In this document: positions 11,846 to 24,300 of the stretch, piece after piece | How the letters are laid out: each line of letters begins with the position of its first letter | Position numbering within the stretch: the first letter of the stretch is position 1 | Source: Macrostomum hystrix | Lineage: Eukaryota > Animalia > Platyhelminthes | Length of the DNA: 64,000 bases | Direction: 5' to 3' | NCBI GenBank assembly: GCA_950097015.1 | Contig: CATNEN010000015.1 | Coordinates: 1,612,001 to 1,676,000 of the forward strand | Notes under the pieces: model-generated | The model's input: the letters and a program-made list of their open reading frames with translations, nothing else | What the model was told of the DNA's origin: nothing | The model's database searches: none | Program-made: the position numbers and the translations under genes

Positions 11846-12296
11846 ATTAGAACAGATAAGAATTGGCAGAGGGCTGATAAAAACTGGTAGAGAGCGAAGC
11901 ACATGTGACATGACAGCCAGATAACTGTTACGCCAAACAAACTGAATATCGCATTCCAGTTAGGAGTAAAAAGTCTAAACCTGCGCTAAAGCCCTCCTTG
12001 CTCACGTCAGCGGGATTAAAGTTCTCAGCTTTCAGGTGGGGTTGGGGAAGAACCCCACACCACCCAGTTACCACTCAACACAGGCCTGGACCACAGCTCT
12101 AACAGCCCTGCTGACACTGCAGCAGATCCCCCGTAACCGTTTTTTTTCTTTGCCGCAGTAAAAAAATTTAAACCATTTTGGTTAGGCCTTCGATGGGTGC
12201 TGCGGGTTTTCTGGGCCCATCAATATTTTATTCTCAACCAGCAACTTTGCTAATTCTCAAGTTGAGACTTGAACAATGATGACAACAAACAACAGT

Positions 12297-12327
<31 letters not shown>

Positions 12328-12894
12328 GCAACAGCAGTCAGCTAGAAAACACACAGGCAGGCACAATGTAGCGGTCAGCGAACATCAATGAGGCGGAGAT
12401 CTGCTCTCCAGGGTTGGGGTGTGTGAGGGCAGCTGGACTGCACAGGTAGCAACAGACCCAGTCTGTGTTGAGTAGGGAACTGCTCCAACTTCAAGCGGCC
12501 TAAGAGAATGCTTCCGCTAAAACAGAGCAAGCATTGCTGCATTGCGCTGCCAGACCCCCCCCCAGTCATCCCCCCTCTGTCCCCTCCCGTCAAGGCCGCA
12601 GATCAGTCACATCACTTAGCCCCCAGGTATCAGAGATGCCGTTGAGCAGCTCCAACTGGCTAGTAGTGGTTAGTAGATGGGCCGGCACAGTGACGTGACC
12701 GCGTGCGGAGTTTCTATGCCTATTTTTTTATCTTGAGTTTTTTGTTTTGCTTAACTGCATATTTTACTACGAGCTACATTTTTTAACTTCATCTGTCCTT
12801 GATAGTATGGATAAATGACGGTCCATTGTCTTTTCCCAGGAAGAAAAAAACAGATTGGTCTATTGGTCTTTCTGTTGTTAATAGACTAGTGAAC

Positions 12895-12996
12895 TGAAGC
12901 AAAGCACAGTTAAGTTTCTTTTTTAAACGACACAAAGTTTTCTAGTGGAGTCGGGAATCGAACCACTGACCGACTCTCTAACCACATAGGCCACAA
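12895..12996 (-). mobile_element. Possible second tRNA-derived SINE family, head fragment
   Basis: Minus strand TGGCCTATGTGG (A-box-like) ... GGTTCGATTCCCG (B box) with no full cloverleaf. Downstream TGCTTCAGTTCAC recurs at ~49165-49180. Confidence 0.45.
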
Positions 12997-13430
12997 TTCC
13001 CCTTCAACTCGTGAACTTTTACCTCGATCCAGTTGATCCCACAGGAAGTTATTCATTAATAATAGTTTATTTAACGTGTCATTTCATTCATTCAAGGCTG
13101 TCACATTGGGACTAAGTCCCGACTAATTTTCACGGCAAGTATTGCGTTTCCAGCCCCGACAAGCTTGCGTGGTATCAGGTTAGATGGACAGGTACTATGC
13201 GGGATAATTTACTGTCAAATTTATTGATAAAGGCAGACAATTAGTGACACTATTACAGCACTTGCTAGCATATCGGTAACACGATTTAGCAAGGAATCAG
13301 TTGACACTCATGATGATGAGGTGACCTTACCAATCTTATCAATTGTTCTCTAACCATATAGGCTCATTAATTTGATTGAGAATCGCATTCTAGCGTAAGA
13401 GGGAGGCGAACTCACGTTCGGGCCATAATT

Positions 13431-14857
13431 ATAGAATCCTGACAAGAGAAATCTAGAATCCTGACAAGAGAAATCTAGAATCCTGACAATAGAAATCTAG
13501 AATCCTGACAAGAGAAGTCTAGAATCCTGACATGAGAAATCTAGAATCCTGACATGAGAAATCTAGAATCCTGACAAGAGAAGTCTAGAATCCTGACAAG
13601 AGAAGTCTAGAATCCTGACAAGAGAAATCTAGAATCCTGACAAGAGAAATCTAGAATCCTGACATGAGAAATCTAGAATCCTGACAAGAGAAGTCTAGAA
13701 TCCTGACAAGAGAAGTCTAGAATCCTGACAAGAGAAATCTAGAATCCCGACAAGAGAAATCTAGAGTCCCGACAAGAGAAATCTAGAATCCTGACAAGAG
13801 AAATCTAGAATCCCGACAAGAGAAATCTAGAATCCTGACAAGAGAAACCTAGAGTCCTGACAAGAGAACTCTAGAATCCTGACAAGATAAACCTAGAATC
13901 CTGACAAGAGAAATCTAGAATCCCGATAAGAGAAATCTAGAATCCCGACAAGAGAAATATAGAATCCCGACAAGAGAAATCTAGAATCCTGACAAGAGAA
14001 ATCTAGAATCCTGACAAGAGAAATCTAGAATCCTGACAAGAGAAATCTAGAATCCTGACAAGAGAAGTCTAGAATCCTGACATGAGAAATCTAGAATCCT
14101 GACAAGAGAAATCTAGAATCCTGACAAGAGAAATCTAGAATCCTGACAAGAGAAGTCTAGAATCCTGACATGAGAAATCTAGAATCCTGACAAGAGAAAT
14201 CTAGAATCCTGACAAGAGAAGTCTAGAATCCTGACAAGAGAACTCTAGAATCCTGACAAGATAAACCTAGAATCCCGACAAGAGAAATCTAGAATCCCGA
14301 CATGAGAAATCTAGAATCCCGACAAGATAAACCTAGAATCCCGACAAGAGAAATCTAGAATCCCGACATGAGAAATCTAGAATCCCGACAAGAGAAATCT
14401 AGAATCCTGACAAGAGAAACCTAGAGTCCTGACAAGAGAACTCTAGAATCCTGACAAGATAAACCTAGAATCCCGACAAGAGAAATCTAGAATCCCGACA
14501 TGAGAAATCTAGAATCCCGACAAGAAAAATCTAGAATCCCGACAAGAGAAATCTAGAATCCTGACAAGAAAAATCTAGAATCCCGACAAGAGAAATCTAG
14601 AATCCTGACAAGAGAAATCTAGAATCCCGACAAGAGAAATCTAGAATCCTGACAAGAGAAATCTAGAATCCCGACAAGAGAAATCTAGAATCCTGACAAG
14701 AGAAATCTAGAATCCTGACAAGAGAAATCTAGAATCCTGACAAGAAAAATCTAGAATCCCGACAAGAGAAATCTAGAATCCTGACAAGAAAAATCTAGAA
14801 TCCCGACAAGAGAAATCTAGAATCCCGACAAGAGAAATCTAGAGTCCTGACAAGAGA
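13431..14857. repeat. 22-bp minisatellite (CTAGAATCCTGACAAGAGAAAT), ~64 copies
   Basis: 22-bp periodicity with CCTG/CCCG and CAAG/CATG variants. Confidence 0.97.
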
Positions 14858-15284
14858 CATCGAGAAAGCCACAAAACTCACCACCTTAATAAGTCGGCTG
14901 GCCCGGGTGTTTCCATCCGTATGGCAACTATTCCCCAAGCAGTTGTGCTGAGCGTGAGTTGACTTGGCTTTTCTTTCAGGGTGCATGCTTTTGTTAAACA
15001 AAGAACAGTTTGCTTGGCAATGCTGGACCGAAAATGATTTCGTACTGTCAGAGAGTTCCAAGTTGGTCTGTTTTAGCACAGCCTGAAAAACGCAGACTAT
15101 AAAATCTCTCGCCGACCAGTTGGCAGTCCGCGCACCCGCGGACGCTCGCACCTGATTGGCTGGGGCAGGGGGGGTTCTAGTTCAGTGCCGCTATGCAATT
15201 ATAGACAATGGAAACTTTTGGGGCATGAGCCGGCCAGAGAGATTTTAACTTAAGACACGACAGTGAGCCAATTGAAAGTGAAGT

Positions 15285-15575
15285 GATGAGACAAGGGAGA
15301 GATGAGGCAGGGGAGAGATGAGACGGGGGAGAGATGGGGCAAGGGTAGATGAGACAGGGGAGAGATGAGACATTGGAGAGATGAGACGGGAGAAATGAGA
15401 CATGGGAGAGATGAGACAGGGGAAGGATGAGACAGGGTAGAGATGGGACATGGGAGAGATGGGACAGGGGTATATGAGGCAGGGGAGAGATGAGACGGGA
15501 AAGAGATGGGACAGGGGTAGATGAGACAGGGGAGAGATGGGACAGGGGAGAGATGAGACAGGGGAGAGATGAGAT
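15285..15575. repeat. Degenerate purine-rich ~15-bp repeat (GGGAGAGATGAGACA)
   Basis: Repeated GAGATGAGACAGGG cores. Confidence 0.85.
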
Positions 15576-15621
15576 GAAAGTTGGTTCATCGTAAAGGGCA
15601 GAAAATTTCATATCACGAAAA

Positions 15622-16370
15622 TCAGTGTGTGTATGTGGTAGCCCTTATGCGGTATGGGCCAGTCCCGGCACCGGGGAAGAGCGCTTCAATGAACCGGATG
15701 ACGTCGGTTGGACGGGCCCAAAGGTCGCGGATGGTGTAGGACGTCGGCCTCGTCGAGCAGTCGAAGAGGTGGTGAACGGACTTATCCGCCTCACCACAGG
15801 CAGAGCACAGGGCGGAAGAATTATGGTCGAGCTTGTGCCGGTAGCTCGCTAGGAGACGGAAGTGGCCAGACCGGAGCTGCGTGGGTTGGTGCGTTGCCAG
15901 CGATTAAAGGTTTGCTCCAACGGATGGATGGCAGGCGGCGCAGTGCCGAGGAAAGGATTGTGCGAGGAGAGGACGAGGTGACGATGAATGCAGAATGAAA
16001 GTGAGGTGCTCGCGCAGGTCATCAGTCACGAGGCTGATGGGGAGATCGTAGCCGATGCGGCGAAACAGATCGGCAACCAAGGAGCGGAGGTCTTCGCGAA
16101 TGTTGCGAGGCGAAGCCAGCGCCATGAGCAGCAAGTGATTCGGATGTTGAGGAACCAGACTTTCTAGCCAGAATTGACCGGAGAGAAGCTCCTTGACAGG
16201 CAGGACAGAGCATTAGCTGTGAAGGTGTTCAATTTGCGTGCAGCTGTGGCATCCGGTGATGGACCGCAACGCAGCATTTTGGGCACGATACAGGAGGCCC
16301 CAACTCGTGTTGCTTAGGAGCGGTGTCCAGACGGAGGCGCATATATCGTAACTAAGAAAGCTAGTTAATA
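15622..16370 (-). mobile_element. 5'-truncated non-LTR retrotransposon 3' end (I/Nimb/Ingi-like), degenerate
   Basis: Minus-strand frames give SYDICASVWTPLLSNTSWGLLYRAQNAALRSITGCHSCTQIEHLHS (post-RT thumb motif) and, after frameshifts, QLRSGHFRLLASYRHKLDHNSSALCSACGEADKSVHHLFDCSTRP...DLWARPTDVIRFI (C-terminal CCHC domain). Confidence 0.8.
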
Positions 16371-16730
16371 TAAATAATAATTGCAGGAGGGCTGCGGGCA
16401 ATGACACAGCATTTGGTGACACTAGACCCGCAGCCTGCGAGGAGGCAATTCTGCCCATTTCGCTGACTCCCGAGCACACACGCACACGGATACTGTACGC
16501 AGGCACACGCTCACACAGGTGTGTACATCTGCCCTGACTTTCTCATCATCAGGCAGTGTACATTTCACTGTGCCTTGGAGGTTGGCCCTCTAGGGCGTAA
16601 ATTGCACGACAAGCCCCCAAGCCTTCTCTACGCGGCTGCGCCCCAAATGAATGTGGCCTCACTGCGGAATCGAGCTCAGGGACCTTGGTGCGAGAGGCAA
16701 ACGCGTTAAACCACTCTGCCACTCACCCCC
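16371..16730 (-). mobile_element. tRNA-derived SINE, copy D
   Basis: Reverse complement of the full SINE: TGGCAGAGTGG A box, GCTCGATTCC B box, ATTATTATT tail. Confidence 0.9.
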
Positions 16731-16760
16731 GGCTCGCCTTAGTCTGAACACAATTTGCCT

Positions 16761-17421
16761 TCATAGGTAAGAGGAAACACAAGTCGTCATGGCAACTAAC
16801 GCACGCAGCAGCTGGGCCAGTTCGCATTTTCCGCTCTGAACTGCCAAATCAAGCGCGGTCCTACCCTCCCTGTCTTTCAGGCTCCAGTCACAACCAGCCG
16901 ACAGCAGAGTCCGACCAACTGCGGCGGCGGTTGTGGATGGTGCCTCTCTGGCTGCTGACAGAATCGGCGTGGACTCTCCCTTTCCTCTGGCATTGGACGA
17001 GGCTCCGGCTTCCAGTAGAGCGGACAGCGCCGCTGAGTTGCCGCCGATGGCTGCGAAGTAGCTCCCAGTCAGTACATAGTCACACGTGGCATCGGTGAGC
17101 TGCAGCAGGTCTTGCCACAGGGTCGCATTATTGAACTTGCTGTTCTGAGCTGCGTAAATCACAGCCATGAGTCCGTACTTGTCTGGCAGGTTGCAGTTGT
17201 CGCGGGTCACCGCTCGTCGCAGTCCCGCCGTGTCGCCCGCTTTGGCCAGACGAAACAGCTTCTCTCGCTCGTTCTCCTCCTGAAAAGTTGAGCATGTGAC
17301 CTGAGCATTTGAAGCTAAATGGGCTAAACCGTGAGCCACATACCACTGCTGTGAGGCCGCTGATGAAGCCATCTGCATCCACAACCAGACGCATTTCCCT
17401 GGAGAACCAAACTTGAGGCAT
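16761..17421 (-). CDS. Small ankyrin-repeat protein (~198 aa), exons 17421-17344 and 17279-16761
   Basis: ANK motifs DKYGLMAVIYAA, GNSAALSALLEAGASSNARGKGESTPILSAA, KDREGRTALDLAVQSGKCELAQLL. The proposed 64-nt GT-AG intron is in phase 0; the first exon is tentative. Confidence 0.75.
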
Positions 17422-17479
17422 TGCTATTTTTCATTGTCGGTCGTGCAAGGGAATTTCAACAAAAATGTCACAGAAAATG

Positions 17480-17990
17480 TTTGATTACCGTTCGATTTCC
17501 CTGGCAAGTTCTACTCGTAGATAGCCGGCAAGTCGCCAAGTCCATTGCGGTTCGACCCTGCAAACCTGTCAGTTGCAGCAGCTGCAACCGCTTGCTGTTA
17601 TTCTTGCCATTCTACCGCGTCTCCCTCAGCAGGTGCAGCAGGTGCTTGGCGCATCTCCAAGAGCCGTTTCTCGCAGCCTCCATTAGCGGGGTCGCGCCTG
17701 ATGAGTTGCGCAGCCACTACGCATCGAACAGCAGCAGCGCCATCACTCGAAGGTGGTCTTGTCTGGCTGCTACGTGCGCGGCCGCTTTGGGGTTGGCGCC
17801 CAGTTTAAAAAAGTACAAAATGCACTTTTCGGCGCGCACAAATGTGTCACGAACGGCGGCCACCAGCATGAGAGCCGTCTGATCGTTTTGATCAGTTGCG
17901 GTCACGAGTTCGCGCGTTGCAAGCAGCTGCACTTGCTTGAAGTCCGCTTGGACGTACAGCTGTGACAGTTTGCCATATCAGAAGGGGTGG
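17480..17990 (-). pseudogene. Ankyrin-repeat pseudogene, tandem upstream of the intact ankyrin gene
   Basis: DQNDQTALMLVAA...AAHVAARQDHLRVMALLLFDA*WLRNSSGATPLMEAARNGSWRCAKHLL...ETR*...GRTAMDLA: ANK motifs interrupted by two in-frame TAG codons and apparent frameshifts. Confidence 0.65.
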
Positions 17991-18530
17991 CGCCATTATC
18001 GGTTTAATATAATGCACGAAAAAATCGCACACTTTATTTACTACTGAGTTGGAGGTACGAGTAGAATAATGTGCATTTTGTTTTTTAATATAAATTCCTA
18101 AACTGGTCAAATTGTGTAGAACTGTACGATAGAGAAGAATCTAAAATCCAGCTACAATGCATCACTTATAAGCAAACTATAAATTAATCGTAAGGAGCTC
18201 TCAAAATATTCCAAGTGTTTATGCCCCGAAATTAGGAGCTCCCTATCCGACTTTTGTCTGCGAAATCACAATTCATCATGCGAAAAATGACGTACTCTAA
18301 GACCTAGAATTCCCTCCCATGATATGATCTGGCTCAGCAGTAGAAAACGAAGTCCATTTCTCTCAAAGTGTCTCTAGAGTCCACACAGTTCTATCAGGGA
18401 GACATTTTTACTAGAAATATCGGCCAAACTCACTCAAAAAACCTCACTGAAAATGGATTAATGCATATACCTAATGGTACAAGAAAGTAAAGAACTGACA
18501 GAAATATTGGCGTTGTACATAAAAACTATA

Positions 18531-19441
18531 CCTTTTCAACTTCGGATTCGTCAAAAGTGAGTTCGAATTGTTCAGCCTATATAAAACTATAGAGCGCTCA
18601 AGGGAATGAGAAGGGTGTCTATGGTAATTTCTTTCGAGAAAGTGACTTCGAATTCGTCAAAGTAAGTGAAATTCGTCAGTGCAAAAGCAGCCTGATCAGA
18701 AAGTGTCTTCGCTTCGTCTATGGCAAGAAAGCAAAGTGCCCAGTGTAGAGAGGTTTCGTGAGTTTATGATTGAAGTCGGGACCCTTGTTGATGACGAGTT
18801 CACGGTACTTGCTGACAACGCCAGGACACATGGAGTCGTGAATTTTGGGCGTCCTGACCAAAGGCTTCAGTTTCTTCCAACTTTCTCGCCTTTCTTGAAC
18901 GCCACTGAAATGGCATTTTGAACAGGCACTGGAATTTTTTGCATGAAGGCGGCCCTGAAACGGCGCATGACCGACCCTGAAGTTGTCTTTGAAGTGCGTG
19001 ATCGTCAGGCGGCTGTAGCAGCAGGTGAGACACTTCAGAACTGGCGTCTTCGCATTTTGAGTCGAGAAGTGGAAGCTGCGATGGTTGCGATCACGGAGGA
19101 GAAATGCCGACAATGGCACGAATTCACACTTCGGTACGGACCGCGGTGTCTGGCACACGGAGACATCTTGGACTGACTACAGCGTGTTAACCTGTTCAAG
19201 CGACTTTAAAGCGTGATTTGATGCGTCTGTTTTCCTGTTTTGTTTGTTTAGTTGCTGTTTTACTTCACGATTGACAATATATACTGGTTGCACTGACGAA
19301 TTTCACTTACTTTGACGAATTCGAAGTCACTTTCTCGAAAGAAATTACCATAGACACCCTTCTCATTCCCTTGAGCGCTCTATAGTTTTATATAGGCTGA
19401 CGAATTCGAAGTCACTTTTGACGAATCCGAAGTTGAAAATG
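18531..19441 (+). mobile_element. Internally deleted Tc1/IS630-superfamily DNA transposon (911 bp), 154-bp TIRs, TA target duplication
   Basis: TIRs at 18531-18684 and 19288-19441 (~4 mismatches), flanked by TA on both sides. Interior encodes the DDE C-terminal half (VLADNARTH...LQFLPTFSPFLNATEMAF*...ITEEKCRQW) with one stop. Confidence 0.9.
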
Positions 19442-20057
19442 TATATTTGAAACTATAGAAATTGCCCAACTGCTCTGAGTTGACTTTGGCAGCTATTTAA
19501 CGCTGCTCTAAATCAATCGTAATTGGTTGAGCACATTTGTTCATCAAACTGAAATACAAGCTAAATAGGACCAATGCTGCATGCGTTTTTACTTCTTAAC
19601 CACATTAGTAGAGCAGATTGATTGTATTCTTGCTTTATAAGTCTTTTTTTCTCTACCGAATCGAATAGAATAACAAATTCACTGTGTAGCGCTGGTCTAA
19701 GCGAGTGAATAAAATGAATTGTTCGGCAGGTCTCACCCAAAGCCGAGGCCTCTGTGAGCCCCTCAGACACTTAGCCCCGCTGCGTACTCGGCATGTCTAG
19801 CAAGTGCGGCAAGAAACGGCAGCGGCACACAAAAAGAGCGCGTTAATACAATGAGTCTGAACTGAGAAGGACAATGTGCAAACGGGGGGCAGAACTGGTA
19901 GGGTCACGAGATTTCGAAAGAAGAGACTGGGGCAGAGAGCGCACACAAACAGTTCCCATGCCAACAGAGCCCTGAGCCTGTGGTACGACCTGTCTATTTT
20001 AAACACCTGGCCGAAAGCTTCAACTGCACAGAGACTGGACACAGTTTGACAGAGCAC

Positions 20058-21300
20058 ATGACTTCGCGAGATCCTCGCCCGGCTTCGGCCGTCGATGAGG
20101 ATGACGTCATCGAATTCAGCGTGCGCGGCTTCCTGGGCCAGAAGCGGCAGGTGAAGCTGCCGTTGACTTCATTAGTGCAGCACATTTCCCTGCAGGTGCC
20201 GGCCCTCGAGCGAGTGCCCCCGGCTCTGCAGTCGCTGAGGCTAAACGGCTTGCTTTTGGATCCGGGAAAGACGCTAGACGAGTCCGGCCTTCGCCCAGGC
20301 GCGGAGCTTCAGCTGATGCTGCGCGTCACCGAGTGGCAGGAGGTTTTTATCCGGCATCCGCAAGGCGACCGGTGCAGCCTCTTCCTGGAGCCCAGCAACA
20401 CCGTGCTGGACATCAAACAGCTCATCGAGTTCTACGATGGCATTCCAGCTCACGCGCAGACTCTGAAGGCACCGGGGAGTGATCAGCCATTGCGAGACAG
20501 CCTGACTGTAGCGAACCTCGGCCTGCTAGATGGCGACGAGCTGCGGCAAGAGTTGTCAACGCCAGAATATCGCTGCAGTCAGGAGGAGCCGCCACCGCCG
20601 CCGGCGCAGCCGCTGCCAGTGCCAGTGCCAGTGCAGCCACCGCAGAAGCGATCAGACACTCCGGGAAAAAAGCGAAAGACCGGAAATGAAAATTTGGACG
20701 ACGAAACAGCGTCTGACTTTAGCGACGAACATGACTTTGGACTGCCGCTGATGTGGCCGCATGCTCCGCCAGCGAATCGACTCATTAGCATTGGCGGATT
20801 TGGTGTGCATGGCGATGATGAACACGGTGGTGGCGGAGATGGCGGTTCAGGAGGAGGGGACAGGTATCACGAGTTCTATCCGTTGCCCAGAAGTGGCGGA
20901 GGCAGCGCTTCTTCGGAGAGTGGAGATAATGATGGTCCGGGCCACGGAGGTGCTAGTTACATAGTCATTTCAGGTGGCGGTGGCGGCGGTGATAATGGTG
21001 GCGAGGGTGGTGACGGTGATGAAGGCGGCTTACTTCCTGGCAGTAAGGATGGGCCAGCGAGCGATGCTGGAGACGATTCTGGAGGAGATGGCGGTGGTGG
21101 CTTTAACGGTATAAATGACGATGAAGGTGGCGATATTCCTGGAATGGGTGACGATCAGCCCGGAGGAGATGCGGATGATAAACCGGAGGGGGGTGGTGGC
21201 GGTGGTGCCAATGGTGGCGGCGAAAATGACGATCCTTTGGCTCCAAAAGCGGCTAGTGACGACCCTAAGCCGGAGGACGAACCTCAACAAGATGATGACC

Positions 21301-21351
<51 letters not shown>

Positions 21352-24300
21352 GAGGCAGAGTCGCTGAAGGTAGTGAGCATTCAGAGGAGCCGCAGCCAGA
21401 AGGACCAGAAGAACCGAGAGATAAAATAAATGAAGGTGGTGGTGGAGAGGGCGGAGGCGGAGGCGATGGTGGAGTTTCTCCTTTTAATCCTGCCGCCCCG
21501 GCTCGGAGCGATGACGGCGGCGGTGGCGTTGAAGACGGCGGAGGAGGCGCAGCAGATGTCGGTCCCCCAGGACCGCAGAGCAGTGGTGGCGGTGCTGGTG
21601 GTGGCGGCAATAGAGGCGATGGTACCGGTGGTAGTAATCAAAATGGTGGCGGCGGAGGTGGCCAAGCAGGCCAGGTGACATCAGGTGACCAAACTGGGGA
21701 CGGTGATGCAGCTGAAGGAGCGAGCGGTGGAACTGGAGGTGGAGGAAGTGCCACAGCGCAGGATCCTACAGGAACTGGCGGAGGCGGAAGTGGAGGCGGA
21801 AGTGGAGGCGGCGCTAGTGTTGATCCAGCAGCACCGCAGCCAGACATCAGGAGTCCGGATGGAGGTGGAGGAGGTGGTGGTGGTGGACTGGCCGGAGTCG
21901 CAGGAGCCGCAGCTGCTGGTGGGCTTGCGGGCGCTGGCGGCGCTACTGCCATTGCCGTAGCTGGAGGCAGCGGAGGGCAGCAGACGCAACAGCAGCAGCA
22001 GGAACGCGATGAACGGCGCTCCAGAGATCGACGAGGATCGGATCACAGCCACCGAAGCCGGCGCAGCCGACATAGCCGTAGTTCCAGCCGCAGCCACCAT
22101 GGTCACCACAGACACCATAGCCACAGCAGCTACAGCTCACACAGCCACAGCGGTCACGGAGGACACGGCGGACATGGTGGACACGGAGGACACGGCAAAA
22201 AGCACAAGAAACACGGAATTTTGAGGAAACTTTTACCAGCAGCACTCGGCGGCCTGGCTGGAGCGGGAGCAATGTATGTGGGCAGCAAGCTGCTCGGCAA
22301 GAAGAAGGAAACTGGAGCAGCGATTCAGGCAGTTCCGGCACCTGTTCAGATTGTAACGCAGCAGCAGCAGCAGGGTGGAGGTGGGACCGGTGGCAGCGGT
22401 GGAGACGGCGGAGATGCAGGAGGAGGCGCAAAGGCTGGCAAGCTGGCTAAATTTGTGCCCAAAGTTGTGCAGCGCGGCAAGAAAGGTGTCGGTGGTCTGG
22501 CCGGAGTTCTCGCAGGTGCCGCTGGTGGTGCCGGCGCCGGAATCGGTGGTAAGATGTTGTGGGACGCATACAGGCGCAGGCGAGGCGGCAAGGCAGACGG
22601 CGCGGCTGCTGCCGCGTCAACAGAGCCACGAAAGGAGACGGAGCACCGGCAAGGAGGCAAAGAGCTTGACGACAACGAGGCGCCCGCATCTTCGCCGATC
22701 GATGAGGACGAGGTGAAACCAAGGCCAGGCGGACTGAGGACTGAGTCGGAGAAAGAGGGAGAGTCAGATCATGGCGGCAAAGTGGTGGCTGGTGTGGCTG
22801 CAGGAGGCGCTGCCATTGGTGTGGCAGCAGCGGCAGCGGCAGTTGCTCCGCGCCCGGCCAAGCGGACGAAAGCTGCTGGCGCGGACATCGCATCAAAAAC
22901 TGATCAAGAAGCGAAGCAAGTCGGCCAGGAGCTCCCTGATGAGGCACCGATTCCATCGGGAAGGAAACTTGTCCCGCAGCATCCGGTGCCAGCTCCACGC
23001 GGACCTAGCCCCACCCCCAGGCTGCGTAGGCATCGGGCTGAAGAACCGAACAAAGAAGCAACAGCCGAGGTTGACCAGCAGCAGGGCGGAAAGGAGAAAG
23101 AAACTGGGTCCGACAATGATACTAGGCTTCCGCCTGCTGCATTACCGAGGAGTCGAGCTGCTGCAGCCACAGACGTCAAGGGCAACAGTGGAAAAGATAT
23201 CAGCGGTGGTCCTCTAGTGCCAGTAACAATTTTCATTCCGTCCGACCCACACAGACGAGGCAAAGGGCCTTTACGCCCACCAACGTACCGCAGCAAACTC
23301 GGTGAAACCGAATCTCATCTAGAAGCTACGGCACCTCCCGACTCGGAAGGCGAAGCTAGCGATGCAAAGAAGAAACCGGAACTTCTCCAGTTGGACTCCT
23401 CAGAGGATGGCGATGCGCAGCACCGAAGAGGATTTTTGCCGCTCGACGATGACGATTCGGAAGGCGGTGGTGAGGGTGGCGGCAGTAGCGTAATCAACCT
23501 AAAGAGAAAGCCACACGTTAGCCGACAAGAAAGCCCTGGATCGAGGACGAGCAGATACAGTTCCGATTCAAGCCTCTCGAGCGGCTCAGGTTACCGAAGT
23601 TCCCGACAACGAAAATATCAGGACCGATGGAGAAGATGGAAAAAGTTTTTCGAACTTGTTCCTCCAACGCTATTGTACGGTGGCCGCACGAAAATTCAGC
23701 GGCGAGAGAAGAAACAATACGTGCACCGACACGCGGGCAAGCGGTTCACGCCCGCTCTCAGACTGGGGCCACATTACGGCGGCAGACGACGGAGCAAAGC
23801 AACAAAAGCAGCTGAACGACCTGCATCCGCTGCTGTGACTGTTGAAACTGGCGAAACAGACGACATTAGAGAACAGCAGAAGGAGCCACCGCGAAGCCTT
23901 CATGACAAATCTACCGATCCTGAACCAGTGAAGGAAGAAGACTCTCTTCAGCGCCACAAGGAGGCAGTAGTTACTCCAGCCGTTACCCCACCACGCCGAC
24001 CAGAACCTTCGCCATCGGTTGAGCCCTCGGCGAATGCTCTGCCAGCTTCACCGGCCAAGAGCTATATAACATCGGGAATTACGGCTCGTTCAGAAGATCG
24101 CGAGGCTGAGAAGCCGGTGGAATTCTTTTGCGATGTCTGTGGCATGCTTGGGCCGAGGCATTCTCATCCGGCTCGAGCCAGAGCGTCATCAAGAGAGGAA
24201 CCATCAACTGTGCCGAAAACTACAGATGGGGACACTTTCACGGACCGAGTCGTGAAGTCGCTTCCTCTGCCAGTTCCGCACAAAATCCTGGGCAGAGACA

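Noticed and set aside
12270-12600. Candidate first coding exon of Lhx2/9 (CAG-rich tract and 72-aa ORF)
   Set aside because: No convincing ATG-to-donor exon in phase with the LIM1 acceptor; more likely 5'UTR or promoter.
12942-12996. Possible tRNA gene on the minus strand
   Set aside because: A and B boxes are present but the anticodon arm is too short for a cloverleaf; treated as a SINE head.
17560-17720. Two in-frame TAG codons in ankyrin repeats as possible stop-codon reassignment or readthrough
   Set aside because: TAG terminates the FRMD4-like gene at 30269, and the same segment also has frameshifts; pseudogene is simpler.
24118-24170. FFCDVCGMLGPRHSH in the giant ORF as a ubiquitin-binding zinc finger
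   Set aside because: C-x2-C-x6-H-x-H spacing matches no UBZ or C2H2 consensus I know; a single isolated motif.
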